Of a DNA stretch of 64,000 nucleotides, positions 22,686 through 32,880 are shown piece after piece. A program made the position numbers and the translations under genes. A model generated the notes under the pieces. The model was given only the letters and a program-made list of their open reading frames with translations. It searched no databases and was not told the origin of the DNA. Every line of letters begins with the position of its first letter. The first letter of the stretch is position 1. Source of the DNA: Methanomassiliicoccaceae archaeon (GTDB lineage: Archaea > Thermoplasmatota > Thermoplasmata > Methanomassiliicoccales > Methanomassiliicoccaceae); assembly GCA_963728405.1 (NCBI GenBank), contig CAVSJV010000005.1:32001-96000 (forward strand). The letters are read 5' to 3'.

Positions 22686-23500
22686 CTTTCGACCTCCTTC
22701 AGGACATAATCTTCCAGGGTCATGAACTCTATCTCCTTGTCCAACGCCCCCTGTAGCAGCTGCCGTATCCGCCCCACCTCATCGTTGGCCTGCTCGGCGG
22801 TGCGGAGGCCGGTCAACGACTCGACGATGTGCCAGCTGTGGTCCGCCAGGACCATGATGCCGTCCCCGTATTGGTCTAGGATATGGAGGTAATCGGCCAC
22901 CGGCCTCTTTCCTTCATGGAGGGGCCACAGATAGGACTGCATGCGCTTTCCACGCGGGTCAAAACCCTGGGCCAAGGGAATCTCCCACAGCTCGCCCGGA
23001 AGAGGGTACGGCCGCAGATCGCCCGGGAGATCGGCGAATCTGGTTGAGTCATAGAGCAACCCACGCTTGATCAGGACCGCGTCCACTCGCCCATCGATAT
23101 GCTGATAGGGCGCCCGGAACCCCACCGGCCGACGCCCCATCACATCCTCGATCGCGGCCAGGGAACGGCCGATGATGGCGTCGAGCCAGTCAGGGGAGGG
23201 GGCGATGCCGGTGCTCTCCCCGGTCAGGTCCTCATGCGCGTACCCATGGGCGGCGATCTCATGGCCATCCAGGAGATCGGAGATGCTCCTTTTTCCCGGC
23301 CAGCGTTCGATGGCCTCTCCTTCCAGGAAGAAAGTGCCCCTGATGCCCAGCTCGTTCAGCAGGTCGACGAGGAGCTCCAACCCTCTGGCCGTCGAGGTGA
23401 ACCGGGGGATCGGACAGTTCCGGCTGCACGCCTCTAACTGGCCGGACCGAGGCTCGTTGACATCGCGGTCCACGTCCACCGTGAAGGCAGCATAGCGCAT
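22682..23500 (-). CDS. Polysaccharide deacetylase family protein
   Basis: FTVDVD, GTFF, HEIAAHGYAH, GFRAP, YDST. Confidence 0.87.
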   Translation of the reverse strand: MRYAAFTVDVDRDVNEPRSGQLEACSRNCPIPRFTSTARGLELLVDLLNELGIRGTFFLEGEAIERWPGKRSISDLLDGHEIAAHGYAHEDLTGESTGIAPSPDWLDAIIGRSLAAIEDVMGRRPVGFRAPYQHIDGRVDAVLIKRGLLYDSTRFADLPGDLRPYPLPGELWEIPLAQGFDPRGKRMQSYLWPLHEGKRPVADYLHILDQYGDGIMVLADHSWHIVESLTGLRTAEQANDEVGRIRQLLQGALDKEIEFMTLEDYVLKEVER

Positions 23501-23613
23501 GCTGGTTACATCGCCCCCGGCCTAATAACGCTTTATGGCCCAACCCATCAATTTTCGCCAAGCTTAAATACGGATAATCGTTTGGAATCAGCCAGTCCGG
23601 TAGGGGTATCGAC

Positions 23614-24622
23614 ATGAAGCAGGTCCTGGTCATTGGCGGTGGGGCAGCAGGCATGGCCGCCGCCCTCGAGCTGGCCAGGAGGAACATACCTTCCACGGTT
23701 ATCGAGCGGTCCGCCATGATGGGCGGCCTGTCCAAGGAACTGGCGTGCAAGGGCGATCCCCACTGCGTACGCTGCGACGCCTGTTACCCCCATGATCTCC
23801 GGAGGGAGGCGGCCCTCGATCCATTGATAACAATGATCACTGGTGCCGAGGTCCGAAGGATCGAACACCAGAGCGACGGGATAAAGGCGCTCGTCCGCAC
23901 CCCCCATCGCGATGAGGAACTGGTGGCGGGGGCGGTGATCGTGGCCACCGGCGCTCTCCCCTACGATGCCGACAAGGATGCTCGCCTGCACCACTCTGAC
24001 TGCCCGGACGTGCTATCATCGCAGGAGGTAGAAAGGGCCCTGGTCGAGAAGGGGCACCTTGCCGTACCTTCGACCGGGATGCCGGCCAAGAACATGGCCA
24101 TCGTCCAGTGCGTCGGTTCAAGGGACTGTCCGTTGGGGAATGCCTTACTGCTCAAAGGCCTGTTGCAAGTACGCGTACAAGCTGGGGCGCCATCTTAGAG
24201 GGCTGTATCCGGAGCTGGATCTCACCTTCTTCTTCATGGACTGGAGGCCTTTGGAGGACGCCAAGAACGCTCTGGAGGAGTGGGCGTCCCAGGACGAAAA
24301 AGTAAGGGTCGTTCGTTCTCGGCCTTCGGAGGTCCTGCCCGGCGACCGGCCGGTCGTCCGCTACGCTCCGCCCGGGGATTTCGTGGTCGAGGAAGGTTTC
24401 GACCTGGTCATGCTGTCGGTGGGCCTGGTCCCCGATCCCAGCAACCTCGACCTGGCGGAGATGTTGGAGATCACGGTCGATCAGTATGGTTTCCTCATCT
24501 CGGACAAGCGTAACATCCTCATCGCCGGGACCTGCTCGGGACCGAAGGACATCCGGGAGAGCGTGGAGGAAGGTGTGACCGCAGCGGGTCTGGCCGCCCG
24601 GGTCCTGGAGGCGGGACGATGA
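23614..24622 (+). CDS. hdrA: Compact HdrA-like flavoprotein (frameshift near 24130)
   Basis: VIGGGAAG FAD motif, CVRCDAC, GAVIVATG, IVQCVGSRD...YCSKACC, GPKDIRESV. Confidence 0.85.
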
Positions 24623-25719
24623 TCGGCCCCACCATCCTGGTAGTGGGAGGAGGACGTTCGGCCTTAGAGGCGGCCAAAGAGATCGTCGCCCAGCGCGGCA
24701 GGGCCGTTCTGGTCCGGCCGGTCGCCAAGAGGGCATGTCATCTCCGAACCCCCAGCGGCATTGAGACCCTCGACTCTGCCGAACTGATGGGCCTGGATGG
24801 CAGCCCCGGCCGGTTCACCGCTCACCTGCGGGTCGAGGACGAATTGGTCATCGTCAACTGCGGTGCGGTGATCCTGGCCGATGAGGCCCCATCCTCGAAC
24901 GAGGGGGCCCCGGGGGCGATGGGGCTCGATGAGGCCTTGGCGGGGTCGCTCCCCGAGCATGCGAAGAGCATGGCGATCGTGCTGGGTGCGTCCGCTCCCC
25001 GCGCGGCGTACCGGCGTTCCGTGGAGCTTGCGCTCCAATCGATCTCCCGCTCCGACCGTCCCAAGGTAACGCTGTTCGTCAAGGATATGAAGATCTATGG
25101 CCGGGACGAGATCGCCTACGCCGAGGCCCAGAGGCAAGGTGTCAGGGTCGTGTGGAGCGAGCATACTCCGGTGCTTGCCTATGGCGGCCGGACGTCGGTG
25201 AAGGCCATCGATTCACCTTCAGGTATAGAGATAAACTGTGAGCCCGATCTCCTAGTCGTCGAGCTGGGTCTTCCCGGTCCGCTCAGTTCATCCATCGGCC
25301 GAGCCGCCGGCGTACTGGGGTCGGGCAGGGGCAACATCAGCATGGGGGCCGCCAGCTCCCTGCGGGAGGGCGTTTTCCTGTGCGGCCCGGATGCATCCGA
25401 GCTCCTGGACGATGAGCTGATGATCGGAGCGAGGGCGGCGGCCACCAGGGCCATGTCCGCAGCGCTGCATCCAGTGATCCGCGCTCCCCAGGCCGCCACG
25501 GTCGACCGGGACAAATGCTCCGCCTGCCTGACCTGCGTACGGTGCTGCCCCTTCCATGCGCCCCGTATCGACGATGAGGGCAAGGCCGCTATCGAAGGCG
25601 AACTATGCCAGGCCTGCGGCATATGCGTGGCCGCATGCCCCAGCCGGGCCCTCAGCCTACCATCGGACCAAGGAATGGATAACGTGCTGACATCGCTGTT
25701 CAAGGAGGCGTCCCCATGA
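24619..25719 (+). CDS. Second, degenerate HdrA-like module with C-terminal 2x[4Fe-4S]
   Basis: VVGGGRSA, GAVILA, GVFLCG, then CSACLTCVRCCP and CQACGICVAACP as at the HdrA C-terminus. Confidence 0.75.
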   Translation: MIGPTILVVGGGRSALEAAKEIVAQRGRAVLVRPVAKRACHLRTPSGIETLDSAELMGLDGSPGRFTAHLRVEDELVIVNCGAVILADEAPSSNEGAPGAMGLDEALAGSLPEHAKSMAIVLGASAPRAAYRRSVELALQSISRSDRPKVTLFVKDMKIYGRDEIAYAEAQRQGVRVVWSEHTPVLAYGGRTSVKAIDSPSGIEINCEPDLLVVELGLPGPLSSSIGRAAGVLGSGRGNISMGAASSLREGVFLCGPDASELLDDELMIGARAAATRAMSAALHPVIRAPQAATVDRDKCSACLTCVRCCPFHAPRIDDEGKAAIEGELCQACGICVAACPSRALSLPSDQGMDNVLTSLFKEASP

Positions 25720-26123
25720 CCGGACCTAGTATCGCCCTTTTTTGCTGTACCAATGCCCGTGCGGCCCTGTCACCGGCAGGCGGGGATGAGGAGCGATCGC
25801 CCGACATCTCCATCATCGAGCTACCCTGTTCCGGTCGCATTGACGAGGTAACGATCATCAAAGCATTGCGCAACGGGGCCTGGGTGGTCATGGTCGTAGG
25901 CTGCCTGGAAGGCAACTGCAAGTACGGCGCGGGCAACTACCAGGCCTGGAGGCGGGTGGAGGAAGCGCGCTCCCTGCTCCAGCAGCTGGGCGTGGACCCC
26001 CAGCGGGTCCAGATGTTCAACGTGGCCTCGAACCAGCACTCCCGCCTTCTGAATGCCATGAATGAGATGAGGGAGCGGGCGCTCAAGCTGGGACCGATCA
26101 GGATACTGGAGGGTGACCGATGA
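25716..26123 (+). CDS. mvhD: MvhD-like [2Fe-2S] subunit
   Basis: FCC, LPCSGRID, GCLEGNCKYGAGN. Confidence 0.9.
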   Translation: MTGPSIALFCCTNARAALSPAGGDEERSPDISIIELPCSGRIDEVTIIKALRNGAWVVMVVGCLEGNCKYGAGNYQAWRRVEEARSLLQQLGVDPQRVQMFNVASNQHSRLLNAMNEMRERALKLGPIRILEGDR

Positions 26124-26824
26124 TAATCGCGGAGCAGAAGGACCTGGGGCAGATCGTCAAGATGCTGGAGGGGCAGAAGAGGGTCCTGGTCGCAGGATGC
26201 CGTTCCTGCGTGGCGATTTGCCTGGCTGGTGGAGAGCGGGAAGTATCGACCCTGGCGGAGGCCCTCCGTCTGCATGCAACCATCGAAGGACGGGACCTGG
26301 ACGTGGCCGAAGTGACCCTGGAACGTCAGTGCGAGAAGGAATGGGTCAGGGAGATGGAACCCCTGATGCGCGATCGCGATATCGTCCTGTCCCTGGCCTG
26401 TGGGGTAGGGGCCCAGGTGGTTCAAGAGATGTATCCTACAGTGAGGGTAGTGCCCGGGCTCAACACCTCCAACATGGGAGCGCCCGAGGAACAGGGCATC
26501 TATCTGGAGAAATGCGGAGGATGCGGAGATTGCGTGCTTCACCTTACCGGGGGCATCTGCCCGGTGGCCCGCTGCTCCAAGTCGTTGATGAACGGCCCTT
26601 GTGGGGGCGCTCAGAACGGCAAATGCGAGGTGAGCCCCGAAACCCCCTGTGGTTGGGAGCAGATATATCGCAGCCTGGAAAGGCTGGGCCGGTTGGACCT
26701 GTTGGAGGAGAACATCCCACCCAAGAACTGGCTGCCCTCCCGCTCCGGGGGAGTGCGCCGGATCGTCCGCCGCTCGGCGGTCCAACGGCCCGAGGAGAAG
26801 AACTCCAGGGAGGGGAACAGATGA
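26120..26824 (+). CDS. metV: Methylene-THF reductase small subunit MetV
   Basis: GCRSCVAICLAGG, RQCE, ACGVG, CGGCGDC...CP..RCSKSLMNGPCGG. Confidence 0.88.
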   Translation: MIIAEQKDLGQIVKMLEGQKRVLVAGCRSCVAICLAGGEREVSTLAEALRLHATIEGRDLDVAEVTLERQCEKEWVREMEPLMRDRDIVLSLACGVGAQVVQEMYPTVRVVPGLNTSNMGAPEEQGIYLEKCGGCGDCVLHLTGGICPVARCSKSLMNGPCGGAQNGKCEVSPETPCGWEQIYRSLERLGRLDLLEENIPPKNWLPSRSGGVRRIVRRSAVQRPEEKNSREGNR

Positions 26825-27738
26825 GATCCCAAAGCAACCTGGAGAAGGTCCTCGAGGGTGGGCACTTCGCGGTGACCGCGGAGATAGGCCCCCCGAAGTC
26901 AGCCTGTGCCGAAGGGGTGAGGAAGAAGGTCCGCGCCCTGAAGGGGTGTGCCGATGCCCTCAACCTGACCGACAATCAGACCGCCATCGTCCGCCTATCG
27001 AGCTTAGCGTCCGGGGTGGCCTGCCTGCAGGAGGGCGCCGAGCCGGTCATGCAGATGACCTGCCGCGACCGCAACCGTATCGCCATGCAGTCCGATCTTC
27101 TCGGTGCGGCCGCCCTGGGGATCAAGAACGTGCTGTGCATCTCGGGGGACCACCAGGTCTTCGGCAATCAGAGGGAGGCCAAGAACGTCTACGATCTTGA
27201 CCCCATCCAGCAGCTCATGGTATTCCGCCAGATGCGCGACGAGGGCAAGGTGTGGGGTGGAGATGTCCTGGAGGAGCGTCCCATGGTGTATCTCGGGGCT
27301 GCGGCCAACCCCTTTGCTGATCCGTTCGAGTTCCGGGTGACCCGGTTGGCCAAGAAGGTCAAGGCCGGAGCGGACTTCATCCAGACCCAGGCAGTGTTCG
27401 ATCTGGACCGCTTCGAGCGATTCATGACCCTGGTGCGAGAGAGAGGGCTGGACGAGAAGGTCCACATACTCGCCGGGGTAGTGCCCCTGCGCTCGGCCAA
27501 TGCCGCGAGGTACATGAAGACCAAGGTCTCCGGAATGAGCGTACCAGATGAACTGGTGGAGCGCATGAAGGGGGCCCAGGACCCCAAGAAGGAGGGGATC
27601 CGGATCTGCGTGGAGACGATCGACCGGCTGAGATCCATCAAGGGCGTCCATGGCGTACATATCATGGCCATTGGGTGGGAGGAGGTCGTCCCCTCGATCG
27701 TGGAACAGAGCAGCCTCCTGCCCAGGTCGGAGATATGA
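26821..27738 (+). CDS. metF: 5,10-methylene-THF reductase large subunit
   Basis: TAEIGPPK, NLTDNQ, TCRDRNR, ISGDH, KKVKAGADFIQTQ; ATG at 26821. Confidence 0.94.
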   Translation: MRSQSNLEKVLEGGHFAVTAEIGPPKSACAEGVRKKVRALKGCADALNLTDNQTAIVRLSSLASGVACLQEGAEPVMQMTCRDRNRIAMQSDLLGAAALGIKNVLCISGDHQVFGNQREAKNVYDLDPIQQLMVFRQMRDEGKVWGGDVLEERPMVYLGAAANPFADPFEFRVTRLAKKVKAGADFIQTQAVFDLDRFERFMTLVRERGLDEKVHILAGVVPLRSANAARYMKTKVSGMSVPDELVERMKGAQDPKKEGIRICVETIDRLRSIKGVHGVHIMAIGWEEVVPSIVEQSSLLPRSEI

Positions 27739-27919
27739 GGCCTCCGGTAGGGGGCACCCTATCAGTACTCAGCCTATCGTAGATGGGCCGCTCTGGCGGT
27801 CCGTGAACCGCGCCTGGCGTCGTCGGGTCCTTGTTGTTTCTCTACCAGCAACAGATCCGGTTTCATTACCAGGATCCCCGCATAATTATATTTCTCCGCG
27901 TTGCCATCCCCGGTGGCCT

Positions 27920-28680
27920 ATGGATGAGAAGCGTTGCTGGTTCTGCGGTCGCGGTCGGCGAGAGCTGATCGAAGATCTGCCCCCGGGCTTTTGGGACGAG
28001 CAGCAGGACCTGTTCTTGGAGATCGAGGTCATCGGCAGAGTCAGTGGGGTCGACAAGGTGAGGCCGGGTGATCCCGCCCACAGCCGTCATTTCAAGCGCC
28101 ATGATGGGCCGCAGGATGAGGTACATTCGTTCGATGACCGGCGGTTCGCGGTGGTCGCCAGGAAATTCATGAAGGTAAGCGTCTGCCGGGTGTGCCGAAG
28201 CGTGGAGACCGGGCTGTCCTCCCTTTCCGACAACAGCAAGGGCACGATCCCATATCGTTCGATCTACACTCCCGGTTCAGAAGAGCTGGCAGTAGCCCGT
28301 AACTGGGAAAAGTTGCGGTCGGAGGAGAAGCTTAAGGAGGCCGAGTATCCAGACGAAGCCTACCGTGCTCTTCTGGCAATCAGAGCATTGAGCGATGGCG
28401 GACCGATATCTCTATGGGACCTCTCCCGAGAGATGAACGTGTTCAATCACCGGGCGCTGGAGCGACCCATCGGCCACCTCATAGCGCAATGTCCCGAGAT
28501 CGGGGAAATGGACCGTAAGGCCCTGATCTTGCGCCCTACCAGCCCCACAGCGGGCGACCGTCCTGATCGATGAGCTGATCGCCAAGTATGAGGCCTTCTA
28601 CGGACAACATGAAGTTCGCCCCGCTCCCCCCGCGCCACCGTCCCAACACAACGAGGTCTTGGCCCGGATCAAGAAGTTGA
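27920..28680 (+). CDS. Hypothetical protein with CxxC...CxxC zinc motif (C-terminus probably frameshifted)
   Basis: MDEKRCWFCG...CRVCR; the ORF stops at 28573 but a shifted frame continues to ~28680. Confidence 0.5.
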
Positions 28681-28815
28681 ACAATCCGACGGACAATATG
28701 CAATATTATTCAAAATGGTGACCGGGAGCTCCTTAAGGAGCTTCAGTTAGGCCCCCTGTTAGGGCCCCCTTAGGAGGGGGCCGTCGGGTTTATAAAGTTC
28801 ATTTCCGGTAATTAT

Positions 28816-28905
28816 TTACCGGTGCCTGCCACCGGAGCTGATCTTGATGTAGGTCCAGGTCGCGGCAAGGAAGACAACAGATCCTGCGAAGTATACAAAT
28901 TCCAT
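28816..28905 (-). CDS. Small membrane peptide, copy 1 (MEFVYFAGSVVFLAATWTYIKISSGGRHR)
   Basis: SD GGGGGTGA, ATG, hydrophobic helix plus basic tail; paralog at 29329-29412. Confidence 0.75.
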   Translation of the reverse strand: MEFVYFAGSVVFLAATWTYIKISSGGRHR

Positions 28906-29085
28906 CTTTTTCACCCCCTTCAACTTTCACCCCAGATGGAGGGATGAAGTTTATTTTGGACCGTTGACTATTTATATTTTTCTTATTAAATTATTCATAA
29001 GATTTTTAATCGATTTATCACATCTATGGCTGTTAAAAACGTCCCTTACTTGGCATTTGTCAGAAAATATGTATCAATTCTTATC
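28822..29085. repeat. Diverged direct repeat, copy 1 (~265 bp)
   Basis: Aligns by eye with 29333-29594 (e.g. cttgatgtaggtccag, ccttcaactttcacccc, tggcatttgtcagaaaatatgtat). Confidence 0.9.
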
Positions 29086-29328
29086 TAGCTTTTCGAATAT
29101 ATTCTAAGGTGATGCAGTGTGGTGCAATGTTCAACGGAAATCAGAGAAATTGCAGACATCGGTCCAGAGCGAACTGCCATCGAGCACCTATCGGTCTTCT
29201 CTATTAATGCCGTATGCATTCCTTTCGAAAAGGGCTTAATTCCTTAGCGAGGTTCGAGAAAAATATCGCGGTTAGGATCCCCTTTTGGGGGATCCGTAGA
29301 GTTTTAATCTCCTGACGTAGGTGCTGTT

Positions 29329-29412
29329 CTAGCGCCTGCCGGAGCTGTACTTGATGTAGGTCCAGCATGCAGCTAGGAATACAATCGATCCACTGAAGTA
29401 TATAAATTCCAC
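29329..29412 (-). CDS. Small membrane peptide, copy 2 (MEFIYFSGSIVFLAACWTYIKYSSGRR)
   Basis: SD GGAGGTGA, GTG start; synonymous and conservative changes relative to copy 1. Confidence 0.75.
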   Translation of the reverse strand: MEFIYFSGSIVFLAACWTYIKYSSGRR

Positions 29413-29594
29413 CCTTTTCACCTCCTTCAACTTTCACCCCCGAAAGGGGGATGAACTTCATTTTGGATTCTCAACCTATTTATCATTATCTAATTAGATT
29501 ATTCATAAAATTATTTAGCAGATTTTGCCCATTTATGTGGTCGAAATACGTCCCTTATTTGGCATTTGTCAGAAAATATGTATTAATTCTTATC
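29333..29594. repeat. Diverged direct repeat, copy 2
   Basis: Aligns with 28822-29085. Confidence 0.9.
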
Positions 29595-29789
29595 ATACTC
29601 GCCGGGGTGGCCTTCCAAAGCAACGTTGGAAGGGGGTTTATTGAAGAAAATCGCTCATTTTCTTCATCAATCTATCCATAACGGGCAGAGGACACGAGGA
29701 TCCAACATGGGCTGTAGGGGGCTTGCCAGAAATATATCGCCTCACAATATATTGTTATGAATGGCCAAAATATGATCAAGGACTATGTT

Positions 29790-29827
29790 AAAAAAAGGTG
29801 AAAGGAAAAGTGAGGTCCGAAGACCTC
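29790..29827 (-). terminator. Hairpin + U-tract terminator
   Basis: GAGGTC-TTCG-GACCTC followed by T-rich runs just after the stop of 29841-31867. Confidence 0.75.
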
Positions 29828-29840
29828 TTTAGGTTCGTTC

Positions 29841-31867
29841 CTACGCCTCGGTCAGGAATTCCGGGAACGCTTCCTCGGGCCATTCGAAGCTTGCGAACAC
29901 GCCGTAGAACAGCATCTGGTCGTTCTCGAACGCGAAGCAGACATCGTTGCTGTGGACGCCCACATAGTTGTTGGTGTACAGCACGGCGCTAAGGCTCAGC
30001 TCCACCGGGTAGTCCAGGATGCAGATGGTCATGGTTTCGTTGTCGTAGGCGGTGGAATCGAACTGCACGACCGCCCTATTGTCGTTACCCATGATGACCG
30101 CGGACTCGGTGTGGTAGATGGCCGTGTCGAGTTCCTGGCTGACGCACTCGTGCATGCATGAATGAGTGACCGTGGTGTGGGCAGTGACGTTGGTCCAGGT
30201 GTCCACAGTGACACGGTCATCATAGTTGTGCACGACCACCATCTGCTCATAGCAGACCTCAGTGGCGAACTCCAGCTGGGAATCCAGACCGGTGTGCTCC
30301 AGGGGATTGACCTCGTCGCAGGCATAGGTGGCCTTGGTCTCCATGGTCAGCACGCAGGGCTTCAGCGGCACATCAAGTGTCAGGTAGACGTAGACTCCCA
30401 TGACCCCAGCGTCGTCATCGTAGTTGCAGATCTGGGCATAGGCCACGTTCCTGAGGTCGCATGAGCCGAGCATGAGAGCTGAGACGTTCTCCAGGGTGAA
30501 GCTCATCGCATACGGGTAGCAGTAGCTCTCCCCGGCCTGCAGCACTGGCATGCAGGAGATGTCCACATCGATGGTGGCGACATCCACCCAGCACTCTCCG
30601 TTCCACATCTGCACGGTGTCGGTGACCATCAGACCTTCGGTCGGGCAGTCCCCGGTGTTGGTGACCTTGATGCTCCCCCAAACATTGTAGTTCCCGTCAT
30701 CCCTGATGAGGAACTGGGCAACCTCGACCGGCAGCATCTCAGTGATGCTCTCGGCAGAGCTAGCGTCCACATTGTTGACGGTCCAGCCATCGGGCAGGGC
30801 CATGCCAAGCTCGATCGCCTCGGTCCAGGATACATTGGCCGTCTTCTCGACGCACAGGGTGGTCTCGATCGGGCCGCTGTAGATGGTCACTGGGACATGG
30901 TAGGATATCGCATCGGTGTCCTCGGGAACCAGTATGGCCTGGTTGCATAGCACATATGTCATGTTCCTGGGTGCGTCGACGTTGGTCACTTTGAGGTTGA
31001 CCATGAACTCATAGTGGGTGCATGCGTCGTCCTCAAGGTTCCACGGTCCAACATCGCTCAGAGCCTCGACCTCGAACCCACAGGGTATGCTGAAGTCGTC
31101 CCTGAGGCAGGCCTTTTCATCAACGATGATGATCGTCGGGCAGTCCGGCAGGCAGAACTCTTCGCAGGCCTGTACGCCGAAGCACTCGCCATCATGGTCA
31201 ACGAAGTTCGAGATGATCACGTCGGCCACGTTGCGGTACTGCACGCCCTCGATGGGTTCGAAGACGATCTCGTACGCGTAGGCGTAGCTCTCCCCGGCCG
31301 CTAGCACGGGGTGGCAGGTGGTGTCCACTTGGAAGGTCACGTAATCAACGAACTCTCCCTCGCAGGCCATCGTCTGCACGGTGTCGCAGATGACCAGGTC
31401 CTTGGTATCGAAGCATCCGGTGTTGGTGACGATTATCTCGCCCCTGACGCCGTACACGTCGGTAACGCATGGTCCGGACCGGTCGGCTGATAGCATGTAC
31501 GAGACAACAGCGCTCTCGCCGGGCTCGATCTGGATATCATAGCCGTCGGAATCCTGGGCCTTCAGGACATCATCGTTCTCGTAGACCTCCTTGTACACCG
31601 ACCAGGTGTAGGTATCGGTCTTCTCCCAGAATCCGCTTGCGGTCTTATCAGCGCTGATCGTGGTCAACGCCGGCATTACGGTCTGGTCGTCCCCATTCAC
31701 ATTATCGTCGCCAGTCGTTGGCGTTGTACCCGGTTCGGTGTTAGTATCAGGGTTGGTGTCGCCCTGGTCCGCAGACCCGGTCGATACAGGACCCTGTGCA
31801 GCTATCACCGCTACGGCACCTATTACAACGACTAGCGCTATCGCTAGTGCGATTATTTTTGTTCCAT
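29841..31867 (-). CDS. Secreted acidic Cys-rich protein with two Ig-like repeats
   Basis: Probable start ATG GAA CAA AAA with an A-run slip into KIIALAIALVVVIGAVAVIAA signal/anchor; repeats VTNTG..T.DL.V.DTVQ..PVL.AGESY.Y.Y...RNVA. Confidence 0.75.
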
Positions 31868-32023
31868 TCTTCGTATTGAACCCCCCAAATAGGTTTCTAG
31901 AAATTCTTTGGGTGCCAATATTTTATATATCTTTCTATTAATCATAGATAATAATATCATTCAAGATAACAATGTGCAACAGTAGTGCCAGATGCAATGT
32001 TATACAACAAAGATCACTGTTAT

Positions 32024-32787
32024 TTATTGGCGACACAGGTCTTCGTACTCGCACCATTTGCACAGCGGTCCGCGATCGCAAGGAAAATCGGTAACGGACT
32101 CTATCCTCTCTATCAGGGAGGAGGTCTTCTCCTGCAGGATGGTCAATTCCTCGGGGGTTCGGGAGGATGTGAACTGCTTATCATGTGCCAGATAATGCCA
32201 GATCAGGCGGACCTCCCGCGCATCGGGGAAGTTCTGCCGGACACCGATCTCGTAGAGGGCCAGTTGACGGTCCTGGCGGAGTTGCTGGGCAGAAGGGCTT
32301 CGCTGCCCTGTTTTATAATCGTGGATCTCGTAGACGCCGTCGGCCCGGCAGGTCAGCCGATCGATATAGCCAATGAACTCATGCTCCCGTATCCCGTGGA
32401 CCTTGAACCTGAGCTCATGCTCCAGCCCAACGGTCCTTCCCTGGTTGAAGGGATGATTGCGGCGATGATAGGCCGTCAGGCCGATGCCCGCCCTCATCAG
32501 ATGGTCGGAAGGGGACATATCTTTCTTGATCACGACCACTGAGCTGTCGTACTTCTCTCGCCAGAGGGAGTGCAGATGCTCTACCAGTTCTTTAGAGCTT
32601 AGGACCCTCCCCTTCTCCGCTTCTTCGTGGAGGTGTTGAAGGGACAGGTGGACCAAAGTGCCAGTGAAGGCCTCGATGCCATGCTTCTCTTCGACCTCGA
32701 TCTTGTCGATGTACCTGAGACGATACCGGCGGGGGCATTGCTCGAAGCAGCTCAGACGGGAGTGAGAGTAAGACGTATCGAGTCCAT
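32024..32787 (-). CDS. PD-(D/E)XK nuclease, RecB/AddB/Cas4-like
   Basis: YSHSRLSCFEQCPRRY, G..VH, GYIDRL, IHDYKTG, QLALY, C-terminal C..CKWCEY..LC; frameshift just after the ATG. Confidence 0.87.
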
Positions 32788-32880
32788 TGTTTCCCTACTC
32801 TTTATCCCCATGCCCCAATTTCCGGGATGCGGAACGAAAAAGCTTTCACATATATAGTGAAGAAGCGCGCTCGCCCACGT

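Noticed and set aside
26113-26820. Long N-terminal extension of MetF (541 aa ORF)
   Set aside because: It is an alternate frame over metV; MetF starts at ATG 26821
28822-29594. Repeat as a CRISPR array or IS ends
   Set aside because: Only two long diverged copies; no repeat-spacer periodicity, terminal inverted repeats or transposase
29204-29681. ORFs 29204-29461 and 29451-29681 from the track
   Set aside because: Not conserved between the repeat copies, unlike the short peptide frame
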